From NCBI GenBank assembly GCA_964483115.1, contig CAYZZF010000003.1, positions 2,772 to 66,771 of the forward strand: a DNA stretch of 64,000 nt. The letters run 5' to 3'. The position numbers were made by a program, and so were the translations under genes. The notes under the pieces were generated by a model. That model was not told the origin of the DNA. It saw only the letters and a list, made by a program, of their open reading frames with translations, and made no database searches. Shown here in pieces: positions 9,425 to 19,162 of this stretch. How positions within the stretch are numbered: the stretch's first letter is position 1; each line of letters opens with the position of its first letter. This stretch comes from an uncultured Gammaproteobacteria bacterium. GTDB lineage: Bacteria; Patescibacteriota; Microgenomatia; Levybacterales; UBA12049.

Positions 9425-9497
9425 GTGGAGGTTAAGATTATTATAAATTTTAGCCTCCGATGACGTGGTAGATAGCGTCAATAAGCGGAGGTTTTTT
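9413..9497 (+). promoter_or_regulatory. Transcription attenuator upstream of pheST
   Basis: Mutually exclusive stems 9413-20/9425-32, 9427-39/9446-58 and 9452-59/9486-93 plus T tract. Confidence 0.72.
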
Positions 9498-9730
9498 AGT
9501 ATAAAAGAAGTGTATTTCATGAGAAAGGAAGCTGGTATTGAAGATGGAGCACATGAAGCAGGAATTGTTATCACGATGAATGCATTAATAGATGCCAAAG
9601 AGTAGACCCGCAAGGTAAACGCCATAAAACGGTCTTAATAAGCCTTACCGAAATAATGGCAAATAGACCCGGTTCGATTGATATAGTATTAAAACTACAA
9701 AAGGATAGACAAGTATGATATTCTAATTTT

Positions 9731-10768
9731 ATGGAAGAAGAGTTAATCCAAATTAAGAATGCGGCAGTATCGTTAATTTTGGAAGCAAAAAATCAAGAAG
9801 AACTCGAAGAAATAAAGCTTCAGTTTCTGGGAAGAAGTGGAAAGCTGACACTTGCCATAAAAGAAATCCCTAAATTACCTATTGAGAAAAGGCCTGAAAT
9901 TGGAAAACTTGCAAATGAAGTTAAGAACACAATTGAGGAAACTTTAGAAAATCAAAAATCGAAAATCAAAAATCAAAAATTAGAAGCTGCAAAGATTGAG
10001 ATTGACAGGACAGAACCTGGGATAGAACCTGAAATAGGACACATTCATCCAATGTCCCAAGTCATTTATGAAGTTGTGGATATATTTAAAACTTTGGGAT
10101 TTCAAGCAGCAGACGGGCCCGAGATAGAAACTGATTACTACAATTTTGAAGTTTTAAATATCCCCAAGGATCACCCCGCACGAGATATCCAACAGACATT
10201 GTACTTAGACACAAGAAACAGTAAGGAAACGCCCGGAGAAATATTGCTTCGAACTCAGACGTCCAACATGCAAGCAAGAATCATGGAAAAAATTAAACCT
10301 CCATTTAGAGTTATAGTCCCAGGGAAGGTATTTAGATACGAGCAGGTAGATGTTTCTCACGGATTTGAGTTTCAACAATTTGAAGGATTCGCAGTTGATG
10401 AAAATATCAGATTAACAGATTTATTTGGAACTATCGAATATTTCTTTAAGAAATTCTTTGGTGAAAAAACTAAAGTCCGCTTTGTATGCCATAACTTTCC
10501 TTTTGTAGAGCCCGGGGCTGAAGCCTATATTAACTGTAATGCTTGTGGGGGAAAAGGCTGCGTCTTCTGTAAAAATTCCAGTTGGGTAGAGATATTAGGA
10601 GCAGGAATGATACATCCTAATGTTTTAAAAAGTGTTAATATTGATCCAAATAAATATCAAGGCTTTGCCTTTGGAGTTGGTTTGTCAAGACTTGCAACTT
10701 TAAAATATCAAATGGATGATTTACGGCTTCTGACAAACCCCGACTTAAGAATATTAAATCAGTTTTAA
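9731..10768 (+). CDS. pheS: Phenylalanine--tRNA ligase alpha subunit
   Basis: GHIHP, NFEVLNIPKDHPARD, LLRTQTS, FPFVEP, GFAFGVG. Confidence 0.98.
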   Translation: MEEELIQIKNAAVSLILEAKNQEELEEIKLQFLGRSGKLTLAIKEIPKLPIEKRPEIGKLANEVKNTIEETLENQKSKIKNQKLEAAKIEIDRTEPGIEPEIGHIHPMSQVIYEVVDIFKTLGFQAADGPEIETDYYNFEVLNIPKDHPARDIQQTLYLDTRNSKETPGEILLRTQTSNMQARIMEKIKPPFRVIVPGKVFRYEQVDVSHGFEFQQFEGFAVDENIRLTDLFGTIEYFFKKFFGEKTKVRFVCHNFPFVEPGAEAYINCNACGGKGCVFCKNSSWVEILGAGMIHPNVLKSVNIDPNKYQGFAFGVGLSRLATLKYQMDDLRLLTNPDLRILNQF

Positions 10769-10787
10769 TGAATATTAAATACTAAGT

Positions 10788-12683
10788 ATGTTGGCACCTT
10801 TATCTTGGCTTAAAGAATACGTCGATATAACTTTATCTCCAAAAGAGCTGGGAGAACGCTTAACTGAAGTTGGGCTAGGTACTGAAAAAATTACAAAAGT
10901 TGATAGTGATATAATTTTTGAACTTGAAATAACTCCAAATCGCCCGGATCTTTTATCGATAATAGGAATAGCTCGGGAAATTGCAGCGATCGAGAAAAAA
11001 AGAATTAAATTTCCAGGTGTAATCGTGACCCACCCCGAAGGTGTAATTGGAAAGCATAAGAAGATATTGCCTCTCGAAATTAAAACTGATTTTAAAATTA
11101 ACCCAAGATTTACTGGTATTATTATAGATAATGTAAAAATTGGAGAGTCTCCGAACTGGATTAAAGAAAGATTGGCGAAAATAGGACAACGACCCATCAA
11201 TAACATTGTAGATATTACTAATTATGTAATGTTTGAGCTTGGCAATCCACTTCATGCTTTCGATTATGACAAAATAAAAGGCCACGTTATGAAAGTTCAC
11301 AAGACACAGGGAGGAGAAAAGTTTAAGAGTGTCGATGAAATATCTTACCATTTGCCTAAGAACGCTGTAGTTATGTCCGATAGCGAAAGTATAATTGACC
11401 TTTGCGGAATAAAAGGAGCTTATAATAGCGGAACTTTTAAAGAAACAAAAACAATTTTTATACGAGTGCCCGTTGAAGTTGCAACTCTTATTCGAAAAAC
11501 ATCTCAGTCTTTAAATCTTCGTTCTGAGGCTTCAAGTATTTTCGAAAGAGGAGTAAATTCTGGCGGGACAATAGAAGCCTTGCAAAGATGCGTTGATTTA
11601 ATTTTAGAAATCGCAGGAGGCGAAATCGCAAGCGAAATTTATGATCTAAAAAAGGGTGATTTTTCTCCGTGGAATGTAAATTTAAATCTTCAAAGACTTA
11701 ATAAATTACTCGGAATTTCTATTGAAGAAAGGACCGTTTTGAACATTTTAAAAAGATTAAATCTTAATCCTAAAAAAATATCAAAAGATATAATCAAGGT
11801 AACTGTTCCAACCTACAGAAATGATTTAAAAATAGAGGAGGATATAGTTGAAGAAGTTTCAAGATTATACGGCTATAATAATTTTCCAAAAACATTGCCC
11901 GAAGGGAAAATACCTACGAAAACAGCACCTTACTTTAAAGATTATAGGCTTGAAGAAAGAATCAAAGGTACTCTTAAAAGCTGCGGATTTTCAGAAATTT
12001 ATACCTATAGTCTTATAAGCGATAAGGATCTCCTAAACTTTGGTATTGACCCTGATAAAGTGCTTCTAGTAGATAATCCTGTAAGCTTGGAATTTGAGTA
12101 TTTAAGACCAACGCTAAAAATAAATTTGATAAAGGCGCTTAGGGAAAATTTGCCGTATTTTGAGAAAATAAACTTATTTGAACTCGGAAAAGTCTATCTT
12201 GGGCAAAGTCTTGACAGTATAAAAGAAGACTATATGCTCTCTGGCATTTCCAATAGTAAAAATTTTTATGAAGTGAAAGGAATTTTGGAGAGATTACTTG
12301 AAGAGATCGGAGTTAAAATGGACCTGAGCAAAAATATTGAAGTGATAGGGGAGGGGATTTTGTTTGAGATTAACTTTACTGAAATTCTTGAAAAAATAAA
12401 TTTGCAAAAAAAATTTGTTCCCATACCTAAATATCCCCCGATAGTTGAAGACATCAGTCTAAAAATAAATCCAAAAATAAAATATGATGAAATTGTTAAT
12501 CTTATTAAAAAGCAAAGCGATCTTGTTACCAGTATTACTCTGATTGATGAATTTAAAGACAAAAAAACATTTAGAATAGTGTATCAGCATAAAGAACGAA
12601 ATCTTACAAATGAAGAAGTAGCAAAAATCAGGAAGAGAATAAGTAATGAGCTTAAAACCCAACTCAAAGCAGAAATTGTTTAA
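10788..12683 (+). CDS. pheT: Phenylalanine--tRNA ligase beta subunit (lacks B2 OB domain)
   Basis: PLSWLKEY, EITPNRPD, NNIVDITNYVMFELGNPLHAFD, PTYRNDL. Confidence 0.97.
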   Translation: MLAPLSWLKEYVDITLSPKELGERLTEVGLGTEKITKVDSDIIFELEITPNRPDLLSIIGIAREIAAIEKKRIKFPGVIVTHPEGVIGKHKKILPLEIKTDFKINPRFTGIIIDNVKIGESPNWIKERLAKIGQRPINNIVDITNYVMFELGNPLHAFDYDKIKGHVMKVHKTQGGEKFKSVDEISYHLPKNAVVMSDSESIIDLCGIKGAYNSGTFKETKTIFIRVPVEVATLIRKTSQSLNLRSEASSIFERGVNSGGTIEALQRCVDLILEIAGGEIASEIYDLKKGDFSPWNVNLNLQRLNKLLGISIEERTVLNILKRLNLNPKKISKDIIKVTVPTYRNDLKIEEDIVEEVSRLYGYNNFPKTLPEGKIPTKTAPYFKDYRLEERIKGTLKSCGFSEIYTYSLISDKDLLNFGIDPDKVLLVDNPVSLEFEYLRPTLKINLIKALRENLPYFEKINLFELGKVYLGQSLDSIKEDYMLSGISNSKNFYEVKGILERLLEEIGVKMDLSKNIEVIGEGILFEINFTEILEKINLQKKFVPIPKYPPIVEDISLKINPKIKYDEIVNLIKKQSDLVTSITLIDEFKDKKTFRIVYQHKERNLTNEEVAKIRKRISNELKTQLKAEIV

Positions 12684-12697
12684 TCCTCACGTGCAAT

Positions 12698-12740
12698 CGA
12701 GATACACCCCGAAGGTGAATTTTCGGAAGGTGTAGTTTCG
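12698..12740. repeat. REP-like hairpin between convergent pheT and PBP genes
   Basis: CACCCCGAAGGTG at 12705-12717 within a longer imperfect stem; same motif at 11031 and 16395. Confidence 0.6.
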
Positions 12741-12762
12741 TGTAAGATTTTAAAAATGAGAA

Positions 12763-15135
12763 TTAAAGATTTGGAGTTGGTGTTGGAGTAACTTCAGGAG
12801 TTAAAGAAGGAGAAGGAGAAGGAGAAGGAGTTTGACTTGGACTAGGCTCATTTGAAGAACCACCCGATGACTCTTGGTAATCGGAAGTTTCCGTAGGCGG
12901 ATAATACTCTTGGTCAGCAGCTGAATATGTTTGCCTGAGCCAGGCATCAATTCCTTCCTGCCAACGATTTTTCCCATCGGTTGAAACAGGATCATTTTCA
13001 CGAAACACTATGTAATCTTTTGTATCATAGTCTCCGGCTTTTATCTCTGAATCGTTGGCCAGTTTTCCACTCTGACGTTTTGATAATTTTATTTTTTGAT
13101 AAATTGCACTAGGTCCTGTTGGTTCTGTTCCTTTAATAAAATATTCAGATCTCGTTGGCTGTCCTGAAACAGGCAGTCCTCCTCCTAATGCATCTATCTG
13201 CGTTGCTATAACGTCGTCTGGTTTTTGAGGAAATTCGTCAGGTTTTCCTTTTAAAACAAATGACATAATTCTATTCCAAATAGGCGATGCACCAGTAACA
13301 CCCGATGATATCGCCTGATTCATGGGGCTATTGTCATTATTTCCAACCCAAACGCCAACTACATATGAAGACGTATACCCAACTGTCCAATTATCTCTTT
13401 TTTCATCGGTTGTTCCAGTTTTAACCGAAACCGTTTTCCCCGGAATCACCAGCCAGGAATTCGGGCCAAACTCCATTTTTCTTGCATTATTATCCAAAAG
13501 TATATGGGAAATTAAAAAGGAGATTTCAGGCGAGAGAACTCTTTCTCCTTCATGCTTCTTGTTTTCAAACAGTACGTTTCCTTTACTGTCGGTTACCTTA
13601 AGAATGGCGACCGGATCCTGTTTTATCCCGCCATTTGCAAAAACTCCATAGGCTGTTACCTCAGAAAGAAGACTGGTCTCGCGCCCCCCCAAAACAAGAG
13701 ATAATCCAACATTTGCCATATTCTCAGAAGTAGGCTGCCAATTCTCTATTCCCATATTGTAGGCTTTTTGCATTACGTCTTTTATGCCAACCCGGGCAAG
13801 CATTTTAACAGCCGCGATATTTATTGAATTACCTAGCGCAAATCGCAGCTGTATTGGACCATGGTATTTTTCGTCGTAATTTATAGGAGTATAGATTGGA
13901 TTTTTTGGATCATTTGTTGGAAAATCAGTCTTAGCATCTACTATAAGAGTTGATGGAGTGTACCCTTTTTCAAACGCAACTGAATACATAATTGGTTTAA
14001 GAGATGAGCCGGGTTGGCGATCTGCCAGGGCTGCATTAAAATTTCCATCGTTTTTTGTATCAAAATAGTCTTTACTGCCAACCATAGCCAGAATTTCTCC
14101 GGTTTTTGGATCCGAAACTATCGAAGCTCCATTTCCAACATTATAACCTTTTAGCTTACCGATCTCATCTTTAACTATTTCCTCAGCTTTTTTCTCTATT
14201 GAGTAATCAAGACTTGTTGTAACTTGAAGGCCCCCGTTTTCAACGATATTCTCGCCAAACTGCTTTGCCAAAATCTGTTTTACATACATCACAAAATGTG
14301 GCGCTTTAATAGATGTGTCTTTTTGAGAAAAAGTCTTATCTTTTATTTCATTGAGTGCATCGGTTTTTTGTTCTTTGTTAATTACTTTTTCATTTACCAT
14401 TTGATTTAAGACCTCTTCGGTTCTTGTAATATAGTATTTTTTGCCAGAAAAAGGGGAGTAAGTGCTGGGAGCCTGAGGAAGACCTGCTAAAAATGCACTT
14501 TCTGCCAAATCAAGATCTTTAACTTTTTTCCCAAAATAGGATTCTGCTGCTGCCTCAACGCCAATATTTGCTCCCCCATAGGGAACATCATTTAAATACA
14601 TTTCTAGAATCTGATCTTTTGTATATTTTTTGTCTACTTGAATTGCAAGCATCAGCTCTTTAATTTTTCGAGGAATGGTTCGTTCGGGGGATAGCAGGAC
14701 ATTTTTTACCAACTGTTGAGTAATTGTGGAGCCGCCGGAAAGCTGTCTAAAGAACACGATATTCCTTATAGCTCGAAGATAACCAGTTAGAGAAAAACCT
14801 TGATTTTTGTAAAAATTTTTATCCTCAATCACAATAGTTGCATCCCGAAGAGTTTTGGGAGTGTCAGAAAGTTTTACGTAGGTTCTGTTTTGGGTTTGAT
14901 ATACTGAATAGAGCAATATACCATTTCGATCGTAAATTCTAGTTGACTGGGACAAAGGTGGTTCTATCAATTTTCCTGGAGTTGGCAATTCCCGTCCGTA
15001 CCAAAGAAAAAGCCCAAATGCTACAATAATCAACGCAATTAACCCAATAAAAGAATATTTTGCAAGGTTGCTATACAGGAAAATCTTGGAAGAATACCCC
15101 GATCTCCTTGCTCTTCTGCTTGCATAATCAACCAT
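12763..15135 (-). CDS. Bifunctional class A penicillin-binding protein (PBP1A-like)
   Basis: TGase motifs EDKNF, GGSTITQQLVKN, RKIKE; TPase motifs GSSLKP, SIN, KTGT; Pro/Ser tail; start uncertain (15135-15186). Confidence 0.95.
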   Translation of the reverse strand: MVDYASRRARRSGYSSKIFLYSNLAKYSFIGLIALIIVAFGLFLWYGRELPTPGKLIEPPLSQSTRIYDRNGILLYSVYQTQNRTYVKLSDTPKTLRDATIVIEDKNFYKNQGFSLTGYLRAIRNIVFFRQLSGGSTITQQLVKNVLLSPERTIPRKIKELMLAIQVDKKYTKDQILEMYLNDVPYGGANIGVEAAAESYFGKKVKDLDLAESAFLAGLPQAPSTYSPFSGKKYYITRTEEVLNQMVNEKVINKEQKTDALNEIKDKTFSQKDTSIKAPHFVMYVKQILAKQFGENIVENGGLQVTTSLDYSIEKKAEEIVKDEIGKLKGYNVGNGASIVSDPKTGEILAMVGSKDYFDTKNDGNFNAALADRQPGSSLKPIMYSVAFEKGYTPSTLIVDAKTDFPTNDPKNPIYTPINYDEKYHGPIQLRFALGNSINIAAVKMLARVGIKDVMQKAYNMGIENWQPTSENMANVGLSLVLGGRETSLLSEVTAYGVFANGGIKQDPVAILKVTDSKGNVLFENKKHEGERVLSPEISFLISHILLDNNARKMEFGPNSWLVIPGKTVSVKTGTTDEKRDNWTVGYTSSYVVGVWVGNNDNSPMNQAISSGVTGASPIWNRIMSFVLKGKPDEFPQKPDDVIATQIDALGGGLPVSGQPTRSEYFIKGTEPTGPSAIYQKIKLSKRQSGKLANDSEIKAGDYDTKDYIVFRENDPVSTDGKNRWQEGIDAWLRQTYSAADQEYYPPTETSDYQESSGGSSNEPSPSQTPSPSPSPSLTPEVTPTPTPNL

Positions 15136-15189
15136 ATCTTTTACTATACCAAATTTACGAAAACCCATCAAATATGCTATACTCAATTT

Positions 15190-16377
15190 GTGGATAAAAT
15201 AGATAGAATTTTGACTCGGGGAGTTGCTAATATAATTCCAAAAAAAGACACACTAAAAAAAGCACTTCAAAGTGGTAGAAAGTTAAACATTTATTTAGGA
15301 ATTGACCCAACTTCACCAAGAATTCACTTAGGACATGCTGTTTCGCTTATAAAACTTGCAAAATTTTCTGAACTTAATCATAATGTCACTCTTCTTATCG
15401 GCGATTTTACGGCTCTTGTTAGCGACACATCAGACAAAGATTCCGAGCGGCCTATTTTGAAACCTGAAGAAATAGAAAAGAATTTTAAAACCTATAAAAA
15501 GCAAGCAGAAAAATTTTTGGATTTTTCAAAAGTCAAAATTCGTTACAATAGCGAATGGCTTTCAAAGCTAACTTTTAAAGATATTTTAAGTCTTGTTCAG
15601 AAATTCTCTCTCAATGATTTTATCACAAGAGAGCTCATAAAAAAAAGACTAACTGAAGGAACGCATGTGAGACTTGATGAAGTTTTATATCCTATTATGC
15701 AAGGTTATGATAGTTATTTTATGGATACTGATCTACAGATTGGAGGAACAGACCAAACTTTTAATATGCAGGCAGGACGAACACTGCAAAAAAGACTTCG
15801 AAACAAGAAGTCCTATATTTTAGCAACTGAATTTTTAATGGGAATAGACGGCAAAAAAATGAGTAAAACCTGGAATAATGCAATATGGATTGATGATAAC
15901 GCAGATAACATGTATGCAAAAATAATGTCAATAAGCGATGACTTGATAATTCAATATTTTACGCTGGCAACAAGGATTTCAAATGATGAAATTGAAGAAC
16001 TAAAAAAAGAGCTTGAACAAAGAAGAAACCCGATAAATGTTAAGAAAAGACTCGCGTTCGAGATTGTGAAAAATGTTCACGGAGAAAATAATGCAAAAAT
16101 CGCCCAGAAACATTTTGAAAAAACCGTGCAAAAACAGGAATTGCCAACAAGTATTCCAGTATACAAATATACCGGTGATAGAAGAGATAACATAATTGAC
16201 TTATTGGTTAAAACAGAGTTTTCTCAAAGCCGCGCTGAGGCAAAAAGATTGATCAAACAAGGAGGGGTTGAGATTGATGATGGAAAAATTACAAATCCTA
16301 ACTCAGAAATAGAAATAAAAAATGGTATGATAATAAGGATAGGAAAAAGAAAATTTTTAAAAATCAGGGTACTTTAG
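15190..16377 (+). CDS. tyrS: Tyrosine--tRNA ligase
   Basis: GIDPT..HLGH, GGTDQ.FN, KMSK, C-terminal S4 domain. Confidence 0.97.
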   Translation: MDKIDRILTRGVANIIPKKDTLKKALQSGRKLNIYLGIDPTSPRIHLGHAVSLIKLAKFSELNHNVTLLIGDFTALVSDTSDKDSERPILKPEEIEKNFKTYKKQAEKFLDFSKVKIRYNSEWLSKLTFKDILSLVQKFSLNDFITRELIKKRLTEGTHVRLDEVLYPIMQGYDSYFMDTDLQIGGTDQTFNMQAGRTLQKRLRNKKSYILATEFLMGIDGKKMSKTWNNAIWIDDNADNMYAKIMSISDDLIIQYFTLATRISNDEIEELKKELEQRRNPINVKKRLAFEIVKNVHGENNAKIAQKHFEKTVQKQELPTSIPVYKYTGDRRDNIIDLLVKTEFSQSRAEAKRLIKQGGVEIDDGKITNPNSEIEIKNGMIIRIGKRKFLKIRVL

Positions 16378-16379
16378 CA

Positions 16380-16435
16380 AGTGTAAACGTAACACACCCC
16401 GAAGGTGTAAAGGTGAAGGTGTAAACCTGTAAACG
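16380..16435. repeat. REP-like motif with GTAAAC/AAGGTG tandem units
   Basis: CACCCCGAAGGTGTAA at 16395-16410, repeated AAGGTG and GTAAAC units. Confidence 0.55.
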
Positions 16436-16439
16436 AAAT

Positions 16440-16544
16440 ATGGAGGTTTTTAGAAGGCATCAATGGATTTGGAAAATTATTGTAATTATTGCATCGCTTG
16501 CTCTTATTGCGGCGTCAGTTCTTCCAGCTCTTAGTCTTCACTAA
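16440..16544 (+). CDS. Small single-TM protein (34 aa)
   Basis: MEVFRRHQWIWKIIVIIASLALIAASVLPALSLH; fills the tyrS-recG gap; below ORF-track cutoff. Confidence 0.6.
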   Translation: MEVFRRHQWIWKIIVIIASLALIAASVLPALSLH

Positions 16545-16567
16545 AATATGAACAAGCCTGACTTGTT

Positions 16568-18640
16568 ATGAATCTTAAAACTCCTATCCGTTTGGCAGGA
16601 AATATATTCACAAGATATGCAAACCGTCTTGAAAAACTTGGTATTAAAACCATAGATGATTTTCTCTATTATTTTCCATTTCGTTATGAAGATTATTCCG
16701 TCATTTCGAAAATCAGTCAGGTGCAAAGCGGGGAAGTGGTAACGATCCAGGGAGTCGTAGTTGATATTAAAAATGAATACACCAAAAAATGGAAAAAAAT
16801 TCAGAAAGCAAAGATTGCAGATGAAACAGGAGTAATCGACGTTATATGGTTTAATCAGCCATTTATTTTAAATATAATAAGAAAGAATGATAATGTATCT
16901 CTGTCTGGAAAAATAGGTTTGCATTTAAGTAAATTTGTTCTTGAATCTCCTGATTATGAAGTTATAAATGAACAGACACAAACAATCCATACTGGAAGAT
17001 TAATCCCAATCTATAGAGAAACCAACGGTATTTCGTCTAAATGGTTACGTCGCCAAATATATAAAATCATTAGGGAAAATAAACAAAATATACTCGAATA
17101 TCTTCCTGACTCAATTAAAAAAGATAATGATTTAATGATGTTAAGTGACGCAATTGAACAAATTCACTTTCCAAAATCATTAGAAGATGCTAAAAAAGCA
17201 AGATATCGACTAGCTTTCGATGAATTATTTATTCTCCAACTAACAGCGGCGAAAAGAAGATTTGAATGGAAGAAAAGCCTTACAACCCACCCCTTTTCTA
17301 TAGCAAGCTACAAAAAAAATATTGAGGATTTTTGGAAAAAGCTTCCCTTTGAACTAACAAATGCTCAAGAAAAGGCAGTTTCTGAAATTTTTAAAGATTT
17401 AGGCACAGAGAATCCAATGAACAGACTTTTGGAAGGAGACGTAGGAAGTGGAAAAACAGTCGTTGCAAGCATTGCTATGTATCTAGCTTTCTTAAATGGT
17501 TTCCAATCGGTTCTTATGGCACCAACTGAGATTCTTGCTCAGCAACATTTTAATACTATTTCGAATCTTTTATCTCCATTTAAAGTCAAAGTCAGCCTAA
17601 AAACAGGAAGTATTAAACATAAAGTATCAAGTATAAAGACCGAAAGTAAAAAAATACTCAATACTCAATACTCAATACTCAATACTAACATTTTAGTTGG
17701 GACTCATGCTGTACTTTCTGAAAAGATCAATTTTGAACGTTTGGGACTTGTTGTAATTGATGAACAACAGCGTTTTGGCGTAGAGCAACGGGCAATAATA
17801 AGAGAGAAAGGGGGAAATCCGCACTTTCTTACAATGACTGCAACTCCAATTCCCAGAACCGTTGCTTTAATTTTGTATGGAGACCTTGATCTTTCTTTTT
17901 TGGATGAAATGCCAAAAGGCAGAAAAAAAATTAAAACATGGCTTGTCCCTTCGGAAAAAAGAGATAGTGCCTATCGATGGCTCAAGTCTCAAATTTCAAC
18001 TTTCAAATCTCAGGCTTTTATCATTTGTCCTTTTATTGAAGAATCAGAAAGCATAACTACTGTTAAAGCCGCAACAAAAGAATACGAAAGACTAAAAAAG
18101 GAAATTTTTCCAAATCTCAAACTTGCTCTTCTTCATGGAAAGCTGAAGACCAAAGAGAAAGATTTAATATTGGAAGGTTTCAAAAATAGAAAAACTGACA
18201 TACTTGTCTCAACGCCTGTGGTTGAGGTAGGAATAGATATTCCTAACGCAACAATTATGATGATCGAGGCAGCAGAGCGTTTTGGACTTGCCCAGCTCCA
18301 TCAACTGCGAGGAAGGGTTGGTAGAAGAGAAAAACAATCATATTGTCTATTATTTACAGAGTCACAGCGTGAGAAAACAATTGAAAGGCTTAAAGCGATG
18401 GAAACAATGAGTATAGGCGTAGAACTTGCAGAACTTGATTTAAAACTTCGAGGACCAGGAGAAATATATGGCACAGCCCAACACGGGATTCCAATGCTTA
18501 AAATCGCATCATTTTCAGATATTGCTCTTATAGAAAAGACAAAAAGAGAAGCAAAAAAAATATTTTCAAACATTAAAAGCTATCCAAAACTTTTGGAAAA
18601 AATAGAAAAATCCACAACAAAACAAGTCTCCCCAGATTGA
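16568..18640 (+). CDS. recG: ATP-dependent DNA helicase RecG
   Basis: MNRLLEGDVGSGKT, IDEQQRFGV, MTATPIPRT, QLHQLRGRVGR. Confidence 0.98.
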   Translation: MNLKTPIRLAGNIFTRYANRLEKLGIKTIDDFLYYFPFRYEDYSVISKISQVQSGEVVTIQGVVVDIKNEYTKKWKKIQKAKIADETGVIDVIWFNQPFILNIIRKNDNVSLSGKIGLHLSKFVLESPDYEVINEQTQTIHTGRLIPIYRETNGISSKWLRRQIYKIIRENKQNILEYLPDSIKKDNDLMMLSDAIEQIHFPKSLEDAKKARYRLAFDELFILQLTAAKRRFEWKKSLTTHPFSIASYKKNIEDFWKKLPFELTNAQEKAVSEIFKDLGTENPMNRLLEGDVGSGKTVVASIAMYLAFLNGFQSVLMAPTEILAQQHFNTISNLLSPFKVKVSLKTGSIKHKVSSIKTESKKILNTQYSILNTNILVGTHAVLSEKINFERLGLVVIDEQQRFGVEQRAIIREKGGNPHFLTMTATPIPRTVALILYGDLDLSFLDEMPKGRKKIKTWLVPSEKRDSAYRWLKSQISTFKSQAFIICPFIEESESITTVKAATKEYERLKKEIFPNLKLALLHGKLKTKEKDLILEGFKNRKTDILVSTPVVEVGIDIPNATIMMIEAAERFGLAQLHQLRGRVGRREKQSYCLLFTESQREKTIERLKAMETMSIGVELAELDLKLRGPGEIYGTAQHGIPMLKIASFSDIALIEKTKREAKKIFSNIKSYPKLLEKIEKSTTKQVSPD

Positions 18641-18940
18641 AATTAAAAACTTATTCTGTTAAAATTTCATAAATGTCAAGACAAGAAGGACTCCACTCAG
18701 ACTTTTCCGAAATTTCTGATAAATTTGAAGGCGGAGAATTTAGCGGATTTCTACCTTTTTCTGATTTCAAAAGATGGATAGAGAAAGGCAGCTATAGCAG
18801 TCCAAAATGAGCGCATAGAAAGATAAACTCACGGAATTTATATTTATTATACTGATGTTTTAGAAGATAATCCTAATAAACAATTTACTAAAATCAGTTT
18901 CAGGATTGCAGGAAAGCTAAAAATAAAGTAAAATACAAAA

Positions 18941-19162
18941 ATGCCACAGGAACCAAAAAGAAGACATTCAAAACAAAGAAAAGGTAAAAGAAGAAAAAAC
19001 ATAAAACTTAATTCGCCACAAGGAATAATTTGTTCAAACTGTGGAAATATATCAATGCCGCATACTGTTTGCAAAAATTGCGGGTATTATAAAGGAAAGG
19101 AAGTACTAAAGTTAAAAGTCAAAAAACAATCAAAAGAAAAAGCAGATGAAAAATCCTCATGA
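18941..19162 (+). CDS. rpmF: 50S ribosomal protein L32
   Basis: PKRRHSK, CSNCG...HTVCKNCGYY zinc ribbon. Confidence 0.96.
   Translation: MPQEPKRRHSKQRKGKRRKNIKLNSPQGIICSNCGNISMPHTVCKNCGYYKGKEVLKLKVKKQSKEKADEKSS

Noticed and set aside
9389-9625. Minus-strand 78-aa ORF, or a T-box upstream of pheS
   Set aside because: ORF is antisense to the attenuator with no motif; no T-box TGGNACC consensus seen
12770-12840. SP/TP codon repeats in the PBP tail (also the pilin linker near 24880-24960)
   Set aside because: Ordinary protein-level low-complexity linkers with 6-nt period, not the 7/8-nt class
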